Shown: positions 46,756 to 58,900 of the stretch, piece by piece
How positions within the stretch are numbered: the first letter of the stretch is position 1
Layout of the letters: each line of letters begins with the position of its first letter
From: an uncultured Candidatus Saccharibacteria bacterium
GTDB taxonomy: Bacteria > Patescibacteriota > Doudnabacteria > UBA920
Direction of reading: 5' to 3'
DNA: 64,000 nucleotides
Assembly: GCA_964561085.1 (NCBI GenBank)
Contig: CAZLNP010000001.1
Span: forward strand, 75,335 to 139,334
Made by a program: the position numbers and the translations under genes
The notes under the pieces: generated by a model
Database searches by the model: none
The model's input: only the letters and a program-made list of their open reading frames with translations
What the model was told of the DNA's origin: nothing

Positions 46756-47445
46756 ATGATAAAAACAAAATTTATATCGATATTTCTACTAGCAATTGCA
46801 GTGGGTCAATTCCCACTGTTTTCTATTAGTGCCCAATCAAGTTTTCCAAGTCGGCCACAAAGCACCATACTAAATGTCCCATATGTCTCTCAGATCCCTA
46901 CTGGCAATTGGAATGATCCCCGCCAAGCTGACGGATGCGAAGAAGCAAGTATTATAATGGCCATGTCTTGGATTAGAGGCGGCACAGTTCCCCCAGAGGA
47001 AGCCGAGCGAGATATTATTAATATGTCTGAATACGAAAGAGCAATCCTCGGATTCTTCCAAGATACCTCTGCTCAAGATACCGCAGAATTGATGCGAAAT
47101 TTCTATCTATATAAAGACGTAATTGTTAAACAAAACATTAGCGTAGAAGATGTGAAGCAAGAGCTTGCTTCTAATAGAGTGGTAATCTTGCCGATTAATG
47201 TTCGCGCTACTGGGTTAGCGATGTATCAGGGTGGACCTGTCCGCCATACAATAGTAGTAGTTGGCTATGACGATAAGAGTGATCAATTAATTATTCACGA
47301 CCCTCTTTACAAAAACATTCAAAATTTCTGGATTTCTTCGAGCGCAATTAATAAGTCACTGCGGAATTACGACTCTGGGAATCACCTCTCTACCAGCAAT
47401 GGAACAGCATTGATAAGTGTTGGTCGAGCCAGTATAATGTATTAA
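46756..47445 (+). CDS. Secreted C39-like cysteine peptidase
   Basis: LNVPYVSQ, DGCEEAS (Cys), HTIVVVGYD (His), HDP. Confidence 0.88.
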   Translation: MIKTKFISIFLLAIAVGQFPLFSISAQSSFPSRPQSTILNVPYVSQIPTGNWNDPRQADGCEEASIIMAMSWIRGGTVPPEEAERDIINMSEYERAILGFFQDTSAQDTAELMRNFYLYKDVIVKQNISVEDVKQELASNRVVILPINVRATGLAMYQGGPVRHTIVVVGYDDKSDQLIIHDPLYKNIQNFWISSSAINKSLRNYDSGNHLSTSNGTALISVGRASIMY

Positions 47446-48500
47446 TGAACTCAGTAAATATCTTAGCGATCGAGACTAGCTGTGATGAAACAGCGGCCAG
47501 TGTTTTGCGTGGCGATATAAAAGCAAGCCAGCCGAAATTTAAATTTCTCTCCTCAGTTGTAAAATCTCAAATTTCTATCCACAAGAAAACTGGTGGGGTT
47601 GTGCCGGAAGTAGCTGCTCGCGAGCACATGGTAAACATTCTGCCTGTTACAGGCAAAGCTCTCACCGACGCCAAGCTAAAACTAAATCAAATAGATTACA
47701 TTGCTGTCACTAGTGGACCCGGCTTGGTAGTGGCTTTAATTGTTGGTACAGAGTTTGCTAAAGGTTTAGCCCTAGCGACGAAGACTCCCCTGCTCCCTAC
47801 TAACCATATGGAAGGTCATTTATATTCTGCGTTTGCTGACAAGCCCGAGAAGGTACAGTTCCCAGTGCTATCTATAATTGTTAGTGGTGGTCACACAATG
47901 TTTGTGCTTTTAAAGGACTACAAGAACTACAAAGTAATTGGCAACACTGTTGATGATGCCGCTGGCGAAGCTTTCGATAAAGTAGCTCGCCTTCTTAAAC
48001 TTCCCTACCCTGGAGGGCCCGAGATTTCCAAACTAGCACACCTAGGTAAAACTGACATAAAGTTTCCTCGCCCAATGATTGGCGAAAATAACTTTAACTT
48101 CTCTTTCTCAGGATTAAAAACAGCGGTGCTCTATTATATAGACAAAGTTAGGTCTGGCCAAAAAGACAAACCTCTATCTAAACAGCAAAAAGCAGATGTA
48201 GCCATGTCTTTTGAGAATGCAGTGGCTGACGTCATAACCAGAAAAGCTGCCAAAGCTGTGGCAAAATACAAATGTAAGACAGTTGCCCTTTCAGGAGGGG
48301 TAGCCGCTAACAAAAAACTTCGCGCTGAGTTGGATCGGATGGCTGGAGAAAATAATATTAATTTTACAGTACCCGATTTTGAACTATGTACCGATAACGC
48401 GCAAATGATAGCCCTAGCAGCTTACTTTAACCTGCGCGCTGGCAAAAAACCAACCTCATCTGGGAAAGTTAGAGCCAATCCAGCCTGGGAAATTAGCTAA
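47445..48500 (+). CDS. tsaD: tRNA threonylcarbamoyladenosine transferase TsaD
   Basis: IETSCDET, GGVVPEVAAREH, NHMEGH, VSGGHT, DDAAGEAFDKVAR, CTDNAQMI. Confidence 0.98.
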   Translation: MNSVNILAIETSCDETAASVLRGDIKASQPKFKFLSSVVKSQISIHKKTGGVVPEVAAREHMVNILPVTGKALTDAKLKLNQIDYIAVTSGPGLVVALIVGTEFAKGLALATKTPLLPTNHMEGHLYSAFADKPEKVQFPVLSIIVSGGHTMFVLLKDYKNYKVIGNTVDDAAGEAFDKVARLLKLPYPGGPEISKLAHLGKTDIKFPRPMIGENNFNFSFSGLKTAVLYYIDKVRSGQKDKPLSKQQKADVAMSFENAVADVITRKAAKAVAKYKCKTVALSGGVAANKKLRAELDRMAGENNINFTVPDFELCTDNAQMIALAAYFNLRAGKKPTSSGKVRANPAWEIS

Positions 48501-48537
48501 TCTTTACAAACGCCTTAATTTTCAATATACTCTAACT

Positions 48538-48754
48538 AGATAAGAGCCAATACTTCGGCTGTCACCGAAGTGGCGCAGAAAGAACGTTGCAACTTTTTTG
48601 AAAGTTCAACTATTAGAATCTGCCGGAACCTTCCGTAAACAGGACAAATTAAGCCTACAAGTTGTAGGAAATCTAGATGGTACCGTCTCGTTAATCTCAC
48701 AAGAAACGCGAGGCTCTAGACACCGCCAGTAACTGGTAGCGGTGTTTTATTTTT
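48538..48754 (+). promoter_or_regulatory. T-box riboswitch upstream of valS
   Basis: Antiterminator TCTAGA-TGGTACC-GTCTCG...CGAGGC-TCTAGA (48672-48720) overlapping terminator ACACCGC...GCGGTGT-TTTATTTTT; promoter TTTACA-17bp-TATACT at 48503-48531. Confidence 0.85.
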
Positions 48755-48766
48755 AACCAAAAACAT

Positions 48767-50986
48767 ATGGCCTCAGAAATTGATCAACAAATAGATATGG
48801 AAAAATCTTACGATGCTTCCAAATACGAAACTGACATATATAAATTATGGATGGATTCAGGGTTCTTCAATCCAGATAACATGCCAAAAGATGCGGAGCC
48901 TTTTACTATTGTCCTCCCTCCGCCGAACGTAACTGGAACACTTCATTTGGGCCATGCTTACGAGCATACTATTCAAGACATCTTAATTCGTCATAAACGA
49001 ATGCAAGGCCGGAAGACTTTGTGGCTTCCTGGAGTGGATCATGCTGCGATTGCCACTCAAAGTAAAGTTGAGAAAATTTTAGACAAAGAAGAGGGGAAAC
49101 GCAAAACAGATTTAGGCCGTGATGAATTCCTAAAACGCGTGAATGATTTTGCTCAAGCTAGCCACGACACAATTGTTGGGCAACTAAGAACGCTTGGATC
49201 ATCTTTAGATTGGAGTCGTGAAGCTTACACTCTAGACGATAAGCGAAACTTGGCAGTACGCACTGCTTTTAAATCCATGTACGACGATGGGCTTATTTAC
49301 CGTGGCCATAAAGTAGTGAACTGGGATCCGAAAGGTCAGACAGTTATCTCAGATGAAGAAATAGTTCACCAAGAGCGTGATGCACTTCTCTATACATTCA
49401 AGTACTCATCTGATTTCCCTATTCCAATTTCTACTACCCGCCCTGAAACTAAAGTTGGAGATACAGCGGTTGCTGTTCATCCTAGTGATGAGCGTTATTC
49501 TGAATTCGTAGGTAAAGAATACGACATGGAATTTGCAGGGGTACCAATCCATATTAAAGTTGTTGCTGATGAAAGCGTAGAAAAAGATTTTGGTACTGGA
49601 GCGCTTGGAGTTACTCCAGCTCATAGTCAAATTGATGCCGAAATTGCCGAACGCCACAACCTACCAATGAAGGCAGTTATTAACGAGTTTGCGAAGATGA
49701 CGGTTGGCAGTGAAGATATACTGGGCAAAAAGACCACTGAAGCGCGCACTATAATTGTCGATTGGTTAAAGTCTCAAAACTTGCTTATTTCTGAGGAAAA
49801 TATCAAGCAGAACGTGGCGACTGCTGAACGCTCTGGGGGTGTTATTGAACCGCTTCCAAAGCTTCAATGGTTCTTGAATGTAAATAAAACATTCACGATG
49901 AAGCATTCAGAAATTGAAGGCATTAAAGAAGGAGGCCAAGTTACCCTAAAACAACTAATGCTTCACGTTGTGACTGAGAACCAAATTGGCATTACGCCAG
50001 ACCGCTTCGGCAAAGTTTATGTGAACTGGGTTAACAATTTACACGACTGGTGTATTTCTCGCCAGTTGTGGTTTGGACACAGAATCCCTGTTTGGTACAA
50101 AGGCAACGTGGCAAATCCAGAAGAAATTTACTGCGGAGTAGATGCGCCAGACAGAGACAAAGAAAATAGCGAGTGGGTTCAAGATGAAGACACATTAGAC
50201 ACATGGTTCTCATCAGGACTATGGACCTTCTCTACATTAGGGTGGCCCGAAAAAACTCCTGACTTAGAAACTTTTCACCCGACTTCTGTAATTGCACCGG
50301 GGTATGAAATCCTGTTCTTCTGGGTAGCTCGTATGATTCTAATGTCTACTTACAACGTCGGTCAGATCCCTTTCAAGCAAGTTTTAATCCATGGAATGGT
50401 TCGCGACAAACAAGGCCGCAAGTTTAGCAAGTCTCTAAACAACGGCATTGATCCAATTGAAATGATAGACAAGTACGGTGCGGATGCTTTGCGCTTTGCA
50501 ATTATCAGTGGCAACGCGATTGGTAATGACGTAATGTTTGATGAACAAAAAGTTAAAGGGATGAAGCACTTTGGAAACAAAGTTTGGAATATCACTCGTT
50601 TTGTTCTTTCAAATTTAGATGCAGCGAAAGTTAATCCGCTACCAATGACGGACGCAGACAAGGCTATTCTTGATCAGCTAGCAGAAACAACAAAGCTAAC
50701 CACGAAGTACTTAGAAGAGTACAGACTCCACGAAGCTGCGCAAGAACTCTACGACTTCATTTGGAAAAACTTTGCCGATGTCTACATTGAAGCTAGCAAA
50801 CCTCAACTTCAAGACGAAGTTAACAAAGCTAACACCCAAGCAATTCTTCTACATTGTCTAATCCAATCTATTAAACTCCTCCACCCTTTCATGCCATTTG
50901 TGACAGAGGTATTATGGCAGGAACTGAAGAAAGATAATCTAGTGGATGAGCCACTACTAATGGTCGCAGACTGGCCTAAATCCTAG
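48767..50986 (+). CDS. valS: Valine--tRNA ligase (no C-terminal coiled-coil arm)
   Basis: PPPNVTG.LHLGHA, DHAAIATQ, WCISRQLWFGHRIP, DTWFSS, KFSKS. Confidence 0.98.
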   Translation: MASEIDQQIDMEKSYDASKYETDIYKLWMDSGFFNPDNMPKDAEPFTIVLPPPNVTGTLHLGHAYEHTIQDILIRHKRMQGRKTLWLPGVDHAAIATQSKVEKILDKEEGKRKTDLGRDEFLKRVNDFAQASHDTIVGQLRTLGSSLDWSREAYTLDDKRNLAVRTAFKSMYDDGLIYRGHKVVNWDPKGQTVISDEEIVHQERDALLYTFKYSSDFPIPISTTRPETKVGDTAVAVHPSDERYSEFVGKEYDMEFAGVPIHIKVVADESVEKDFGTGALGVTPAHSQIDAEIAERHNLPMKAVINEFAKMTVGSEDILGKKTTEARTIIVDWLKSQNLLISEENIKQNVATAERSGGVIEPLPKLQWFLNVNKTFTMKHSEIEGIKEGGQVTLKQLMLHVVTENQIGITPDRFGKVYVNWVNNLHDWCISRQLWFGHRIPVWYKGNVANPEEIYCGVDAPDRDKENSEWVQDEDTLDTWFSSGLWTFSTLGWPEKTPDLETFHPTSVIAPGYEILFFWVARMILMSTYNVGQIPFKQVLIHGMVRDKQGRKFSKSLNNGIDPIEMIDKYGADALRFAIISGNAIGNDVMFDEQKVKGMKHFGNKVWNITRFVLSNLDAAKVNPLPMTDADKAILDQLAETTKLTTKYLEEYRLHEAAQELYDFIWKNFADVYIEASKPQLQDEVNKANTQAILLHCLIQSIKLLHPFMPFVTEVLWQELKKDNLVDEPLLMVADWPKS

Positions 50987-50995
50987 TTAATAAGC

Positions 50996-51023
50996 AAAAA
51001 ACAGCCCCACGCGGGCTGTTTTT
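50996..51023. terminator. Bidirectional terminator
   Basis: AAAAACAGCCC-cacgc-GGGCTGTTTTT. Confidence 0.85.
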
Positions 51024-51032
51024 GTTATATAG

Positions 51033-52241
51033 CTAAACTGGGTTAGACGACCTGTTTTGTTCGTCCAGCAGACGAGTATGATGCCTTACGTATCTGTAAG
51101 CTATGTAGAAAAGCACTAAGAATAGAATCAACAGTAGAACTAGTAAACTCCAAATTACTGCGGGCCCCTGAGCAATCACTCCACTTGCAGAAGCAGGTTC
51201 CTTCAAGACAAACTTGGCTGAAGCCACAGACTCCACACCTTCATAGGTACTAGACACTCTAATAGTGTAGGTGCCAGTCGGAGTTAGTGGCGCAATATTA
51301 AATGTTTTCAAGAATTGAACCTGTCCACTAAATGATATTGTGTCTTGAGTCTCCAATACAACTTTTCCCAAAGGAGAGATAATCTGATAGTTTACATTTT
51401 GATTAGAAATTTGCTGACCAGTATTACTTACTAACGTGACCCAACTAACAAGTTTTCCGCCAGTTTCAACAGTTTCGTACTCGGGCAATATTTCATAGAA
51501 AACTCCAAAAATTATATCGGATGCATCTATAGGTGGGTTTGGAGGAAGTGGGATGGAGGTTCCGCCATCGCCGTCACCTGTTCCTGAACCTGGGTCTTCT
51601 CCATCATTGCCACCAGGTTGTCCAGGTTGCGTAGGCTGACCTGGCTCCTGTGGAACCTTAGGAGATTGGATTACAAAGTATGCTTGTGTACTGCCAGAAC
51701 GAGTTAAGTCATATGAATCATAGACTCGTGCAGTCACTGAATAAACACCATACGGTAGCGGATCGGGAGATTGCCATATCCAATCACCCTGCAGGCTTGC
51801 TCTGGCAGTGGTATTTAAATTTTTTGGGCCCTCTATGTATAAGAAGATGATTCCGTTTGGAACAGAGGTGGTACCTGAAAATGTAGGCCGAACAGTCTCG
51901 AAGACATACGCTGGTAAAATATTTCCGCCGACAGTAATGTTTCTTTGAGGAATTTGTCCAAGTGGTTCTGCTTTAATGGTTACTGTCGGAAAAGCTGTCG
52001 ATACAGGAGGCCTGCTTCCAGATGTAGATGTTGGCTCTGTTGGACCAGGATTAATACCAGCAACGGTTGCTGTAATGGTAAGATTCTCGGTATCTGTGAC
52101 GTCAAAAGCGCTCGCGTCTATTAAGAAAGTGCCCATCCCTGTAGCCATCACTAAAGCAGCAACACCAAAACACATGCTCATCGAAAGATGATACAACCTA
52201 TGTGCATGATGATGAGTCCACTTTTCTGGTTTGATTTTCAT
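51033..52241 (-). CDS. Membrane-anchored surface protein with Ig-like domains
   Basis: N-terminal hydrophobic segment, RPTFSGT...GDW.W Ig-like domain, Pro/Gly linker, C-terminal TM. Confidence 0.8.
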   Translation of the reverse strand: MKIKPEKWTHHHAHRLYHLSMSMCFGVAALVMATGMGTFLIDASAFDVTDTENLTITATVAGINPGPTEPTSTSGSRPPVSTAFPTVTIKAEPLGQIPQRNITVGGNILPAYVFETVRPTFSGTTSVPNGIIFLYIEGPKNLNTTARASLQGDWIWQSPDPLPYGVYSVTARVYDSYDLTRSGSTQAYFVIQSPKVPQEPGQPTQPGQPGGNDGEDPGSGTGDGDGGTSIPLPPNPPIDASDIIFGVFYEILPEYETVETGGKLVSWVTLVSNTGQQISNQNVNYQIISPLGKVVLETQDTISFSGQVQFLKTFNIAPLTPTGTYTIRVSSTYEGVESVASAKFVLKEPASASGVIAQGPAVIWSLLVLLLILFLVLFYIAYRYVRHHTRLLDEQNRSSNPV

Positions 52242-52265
52242 TATTGTATTTATAGAGTTTCGATG

Positions 52266-52829
52266 TTACTGCGCTGGTGCCGCCGCTGGTGTAGGGACCG
52301 GTGCCGGGCTAGTCGCTGGTGTAGAAGTAGCTGGCGTTCCTGCACTGCCACTATTATTTAGTGGCGCTAATTCAATTATTTTATTTGTACTTGGGCGGAA
52401 AAGAATCGCCTTTCTATCTTTCTGATAGATAAGAACTTTGTCACCCACTTCAGCTTTTTCAAAAAATGGCTGACCTTCAAGTTTACTTAAATCAGATACA
52501 GTAGCGATGGTAGGATCTTCATCGGTTGGCAAAATAATCAATTTACCTACTTGCTCTACTAATTGTTTATTTGATTCCTTAGTCTTTGCAGCAGGATCGT
52601 TTTGGACAGATTCTAAATCTTTTTGGACAGACTTTAGCTGTTGCTGAGAGCGGATAAATAGGAATAGTGCGCCAAGAACTACTACAACAGCGATAACAAT
52701 TACAGCCCAAAGCAATCTTTTAGGCACTCTTGCTACCTCCGGTCGATTGCGCATACCTTCAGTTAAAGGGCGCTTTTCGGTCACACTGATTTTTGGAGAT
52801 TGGTTTTTTATTTCATCAAACATAAGCAT
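52266..52829 (-). CDS. Single-TM coiled-coil protein
   Basis: TM, then VGKLIILP..EDPTIATV...QPFF..A..GDKVLIY...KAILFRPS; Pro/Ala tail. Confidence 0.8.
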   Translation of the reverse strand: MLMFDEIKNQSPKISVTEKRPLTEGMRNRPEVARVPKRLLWAVIVIAVVVVLGALFLFIRSQQQLKSVQKDLESVQNDPAAKTKESNKQLVEQVGKLIILPTDEDPTIATVSDLSKLEGQPFFEKAEVGDKVLIYQKDRKAILFRPSTNKIIELAPLNNSGSAGTPATSTPATSPAPVPTPAAAPAQ

Positions 52830-52906
52830 TTTTACTATCTATATCATTATACAATAAAACCCTAAGTAATAACTACTACTTAGGGTTTATATGTTTTTCG
52901 AATAGA

Positions 52907-55900
52907 TTATGGATTGGTTCCACTGCCTTCACCGCCGCCGTCTCCTGGAGGCGTATCACCTGAAGGTGGTGTATCTCCTGATGGAGTATCGGCAGGTGGG
53001 TCTGATGCAGGAGGTGTCCCACCGTCGCCAGAGCCTTCACCGGAACCGCTGTCACCAGAGCCACTATCTCCAGATCCTGAATCACCGTCATCGGCACCGG
53101 CCACAAAGCCGCTTGGAGTATCTATACTCATAAATGTTGTAGCGTTACGAACTGCTAACGCTGTCCATGACATCTTCACGTCACTAGGAGCTGGCTTGCT
53201 TAACACAATTGTGAAGCCAAACTTGCTCTTGTTTGTTACAACATAAGTGATGCCTTCAGCTAAGAAGGTTTGTGCTGCAGCAATTGAATCGTTCTTAAGA
53301 ACTTCGCGAGCTTCTTCATCTAGTAATTCTTGATCTACGTCTTGCTCAAAGCTAATTGATGCATTAACTATTGGCTGAGCTAGGTATTCACGAGTAAACA
53401 CTACATCTACACTTTGAACACCAGCTTTCACTACGGCGAACCCTGCAGTGTCAGAAGTAAAGTAAGGAGTGCCGAAGAATTCAACGTCGCTGCTGAATGA
53501 TAGCAGGTCACCAATTGCACTGATTGTATCAACTGTTAACCCACCGTTGAACATGGTTGTAGAAGCCACAGATAGTCCTCCGTCAGAAGTAGCTGAGCTC
53601 AAGAAGTCAGCACGCAAAGTTTGCGTTGTCACAGTTGGAGTGATTATTTCACCATTAGCAACTACTACGTCAGTTACAACTTCGGAGAGATTTTCTGAGT
53701 CTAAGCTTGGAAGTTGAGAAATTAAGTATTCTAGAATTTGTGAAGAATTTTGCGCTGAGTTTAACAATCCCTGTTCTGTACCAGTGTAATCAAAGGTTAA
53801 TCCAGCGAGCTGATCTTCAATAGCAAGGCCATTGTAGTTAGATGGTTTGATGAAAGCGTCAATTTTTCCAACGCCACCAGTAAATGTTTCTAGAGCTTGC
53901 CCAATCACAGATCCAGCTTTAGTTGCCTTCATGGCAGCACCTGGTATTGTTGCTGAGTTAACCAAGAAGTCACCTGGCATAATCTCGCCGTTCTCGTTAG
54001 AGACCTTAACCTGCGCTCGGCCAATCAACGCAACTGAATATTTTGTATTACCACTGCCTTCTTCTAGCTCAGAGCCAAGCTCTAATCCTGACTCTTCTAC
54101 TACAACTCCAAGAATTGATTTAGAACCAGACATGTCTGCTCGAGCAATTAGCGCATCTTCAGAATTGTCTATTGCTACCACTTCCCCTGCTTCTAAAGAG
54201 TCATCTGATGATTCATAGTTTTCAGATATACTATTGCCTGAAACCTTTACTGAATCTGCAACAACGTTTTCAGCTGTCACTGTTTCAGATGTGATTGTTT
54301 CGGCTGTCACTTCTTCAGCAACAACACTCTCCGCAATTATACTTTCTACCATGATACTACCTTCGATTTGAGCATCGCCTCTCACTATAATATTGCCAAA
54401 TAGCTCTAGCTCTGCAGAGTCTGCAGCTGTGCCAATTGTAAGCTTGCGAGTATTAGTGTTTACATTAAACAATGTGCTGCCGGTGTTATCTGAAATGTTT
54501 ACCGCAGTATCAGATGCCGCCTGAAGTACAATATCGCTACTAGCACCTGTGCTTGAACCATTCCAAGATAAGTTAACTAATACCAATACTTGGGTTTGAG
54601 AAGTGCCAGGAGTCCAGCTCTCTAGAGCTTTTCCAATAGTTGGTCCGTTAACCGACGCCTTCATAGCTTTACCAGGGTAGGTACCAGAAGATACGATTGC
54701 ATCTCCTGCTGCAATTGGTGCAGAGTCTGGCGCGATGTTTACAGGAACACGTCCAGCCAAAGCAACAGGTACAGTTGGCAAACCGTTAATAGCCGCTTCT
54801 TCCTGAGACAGACGTAAACCAGGTTTTGTAGAGTAGATACCAACTACTGTTCTGTCATAGCCAACAGAAGAGCGAACTACTAAACCAGTTTCATTTGGAT
54901 TCAAGCTAAGTACATCCCCTGCCACAAGGCCTTGTTCACGAGTTGGGTAGTCTTCCGCAATGTCATAAGCACCTGTAGTAGAAACAAGTGAGTGGCTAAA
55001 CAAGAAGCTACCCATGTTGTCGGCATTACTGTCTCCAGTCTGATTGCCAACAAAGCTAATGCTACCATAGTTTCCGCTTCCAGAATCAAATTTAAGCGCG
55101 TATGAATTAGTAAATGTCTTACTCCATGTGTAGACGCTACCGATACCACCTTCAGTGGTTCCTAAATATAGGGTTCCATTAAAAGCAATTATTGCAGAAA
55201 GTGAATCAACATTAGCCTGACTGCCAAATGTGCCTTCAGTAGAGTTTATTATATCCCACTTACGAGTAGTATCATCATACTCATATAAATTAGCCTGATT
55301 AACGTCACTATATGTGCCAGCATACAATCTTCCATTGTACTCTCGTAATACAGGCACGGAATCAGTAAAGTCTGCTTGGGTTTGATCAAGAATGCCTTCA
55401 GTAATCCCTGTCGGGTCAAAACTCAACTCAGGTTCGCCAAATCTTCCCTCAAGGTCACTAGCATTGCTAAATACAAATGAATAAACTTGCCCGGCGTCGG
55501 GTTCAGCAGTACCAAAGTACAAACGGCCATTATGGACTGCTAAGGATGAGATATCATCGATAGCGGTAAGGCCTCCAGCTGAAAATGTTCCGTCTGTTGT
55601 ATGAAGTCTTACGAAATTATTACTATTGCTATTTTCTCCTGTGTAAACACATAATCTAGCTCCATCACTGCCAGTACCTGCAGCAATACCCCAGAACAGA
55701 CGGCCATCGTATACAGCCAATTGACCAGAGTCTTGGTTATTCTGAGCAGTACAATATTGAGATCCACTCCCGCCATAACTAAGGTTAACAAAAGCTCCGC
55801 TTCCTCTATACGAGTACACCTGCGCTGCATCCGCCTCTTGGGTAGCAACTATTAGTACACCTCCATAAACTACCATATCGCTAATGCCATCAATGCCATT

Positions 55901-58900
55901 CTCAGCTCCGAATTCTCCCAAAGTATAATTGTCCATCATCCAGGCCGATCCATTGTAAGAATAAAGTGCCCCACGGTCTGCAGCAGCACCAGTTCTGGTA
56001 CCAGCGTATAATTTACCGTTAAACACTGTTAATACCATGGAGTCAGCTTCAGCAAAATCACCAGAAACCACCTTACCAGGAGTACTGTCTGATACTTTTG
56101 TCCATGTTGTACCGCCATCGTGCCTATAAACACTAGATCCATTTGTTTCTGCAGTAGCAGCATATAATTTACCATTGTAGATAGCAAAGCTAGATACGCC
56201 ATCACGAGCTGTTTCAGATCCAAATGTTCCAGCAGCGCTATTGGTAATAGTGAAAGTGCTTCCAGTATTTGCATCGGTTTGTGCTCCAACTGTTAAGTCA
56301 CCAGATGCCACGGTTAAGCGACCAGCAATGTTTACTGTTGTTGCACTTGTACCTAAGTTTAGAGTGGTAGTATTGCCGTTGTTTAAGAAGTTAAATGTGC
56401 TACTAGCCAGTGATTGACTAATTCCGCCATCGGAGAAGTAAGTAGAGCCATTACCAGCAACTATACCGTCAATAAAGTAACCACGACCGTAGCGATTTGC
56501 CAAAGGTTCAGAAGTATTAATACCACCAACTTCTGGAACATGCATTTCTACCACACTAGCGCCGTTATCCCAAGTAAGCGCAGGTGATATTATAAATAGG
56601 TTTGCTGAAGGATTGTCTATAATTTTCGCATAACAGACCGCAGTGGAACCGGAACAGTTTCCTGAAACAGGATCAACCTTTACATAATTTCCTATGTCAA
56701 AATCGTTATCAGAGGATACTGTCAGGCTGGTGCTATTTGAACCAGTTCCAACAGCTGTAGTTGAACCATCAAGCTGAGTGAAACCAGAGGTAATAGATCC
56801 ATAGTTGCTAGCAGCTAATAGTGCTGCACCACTGCTATTTTGTAGTTGTAACAAGTCTGCGGTTTGGCTAGCAATAGCCTTAACTTTCATGGTAATCGCA
56901 GAAGTAGACCAGGAGTTTTGAACTGCAAAGGCAGCATCGCCAGGCAAAGTTGCTGTACCAAATACATATTTAGAGTTACCTTGATCGAAAGCGAAGTTTA
57001 GACCATAGACAGTCGCATTAGAGTTACCTCCTACCCCAAACGCCACTGTTCCATTAGATTGCTGAGCTTGGAACAGGTCCGCGGATTGAGATGCAAAACC
57101 TTGAACCACTAATCCTTTATGAGATGCATTAGCTGAGTTAATCTGAGCAGTGGCATTGTTATCTACTGTGCTGTAGGCATTAACTAATAGCTTATTGCTA
57201 GTTCCGAAAGTAGTGGCATTAATACCAACATTACCATTGCTTGAGTTTGCAAATAATGTAGTTAAACTTGGGGTACCGTAGAACAAAGTACCTGTAACAC
57301 CAGATCCATCATTAGTTACTTTTAACCGATGTCCTGTACCAGCATCATTAGCGCCAACATCCAGCAACAAGGCAGAGCCACTAGGAGAAACTCCAGCAAT
57401 TAAACCTCCTCCGGAGTAGTTGTATGAATTAGAGTTAGAGTTAGCGGCTACTAATTGAGTAGCGAGAACTCTCAAAGTGTTACCATCGCTATTAGTGGAT
57501 TGACGGATTTCAGTATTGCCGGTCATGCCGATACTTCCAGCTACTTGCAAAATTCCATTTGCAGAGTTTGGAACAACTCCCACGCCAACATTTCCACCAG
57601 CAAATACGGCAGCGTAGCTGTTTATAGCACCTGTTTGAGAATCTACATAAAGGCCATAAGAGGTTTCTCCACCACTTGCCCCTTGATTGCCAATACGCAT
57701 TCCGTAAATATTTTGGGTACCGTTAACTGGACTACCCGCAGCGTTTTGAATACGTATAGAGTACGTATCATGAGTTCCAGAAGTTCCAGAAGCAGTGATA
57801 GTTGGAGCGATGTTAATACCACTAACGACTGATACTCCAGAAGTAGATGTTGAGTTATTTGTAAATGCTAAGTTAATTAAGTTACCTGTATTGCCAGAAC
57901 CTGGATTGTAAGAAGCACCACTAGTAGAAAGTAGTGAACCTGTTGTTAAGGAGGACCCTAGGGTAGCAGAAACTAGGCTGCCAGAGGTTAAACCACTACC
58001 GCTAAGAGCAGCAAGTGTACCAGTAGTAGCAGAGTTAGCAGTTAGGTTGAATATACCAGTACCAGTGTAAACGCCAGTGTTAGTAAGAGCTAAGTCTGCT
58101 CCAGTTGTTGTTGTGTTTGCAATTGAAATAGTATCGTTTGCAGTTGTTTGCGAGAGCACAGTTCCAGTCCTGGTCCAATATCCTAAAGCACCACTAGTAG
58201 GCGCAGTTGTTGTTAGCGTCCCATTACCACCAGAAGTATATAGAGCACCGTTAGTTGTTAGAGCTGAAAATTGAATAGTGCCTGAAGAAACAATTCCAGT
58301 AGCAGCAGCAATTGCACCTGAGGAGTTTACTTGAAACAAGTCGCCAGAACCTACTGTTAACAAGGCAGCTGGTGTTGTGTCGCCTATTCCGACGTTGCCG
58401 CTAGCCAAAACAGTAAGTTTTGCAGATGTCTGATTACGAACTTCTAACAGTTTAGCAGTAGCATTAACTAAGTTATTAGTTGTATCTAATGTATATCCAA
58501 CAGCTGAACCACCGTCTGCAACACCAGGATTGGCAATAAACTTATTATTACCACCCGCATCCATTAATGAAATTATTCCACTTCTAGGGTTGGTATGGAA
58601 ATTAGCCAAGTCTCCTTCATAGCTTTTAAAAGTAAGGGATGAAGCATAGGTATTATCCACACCTTGAATCGTTAATCCTTGATAAACAGACAGGGTTGCG
58701 CCATTACCCCCACCCTCATTACTACCACCGAATGAAAAGTAGTTACCCATAATATTCAGCCTAGGGGCGTGGGCATATGCTGTAGCTCCTGCAATTGTAT
58801 TTACGCCAGTGGTACTAATAAGCTGCCAACCCAATGAGTTAGTAATATTAATTCCGTTATTCCCCAGTATTTGCCCAGCGGACGATGCGTACAAGGGAGG

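Noticed and set aside
48767-50986. valS as a truncated pseudogene
   Set aside because: All catalytic and anticodon-binding motifs are present with a clean stop and terminator; only the coiled-coil arm is missing.
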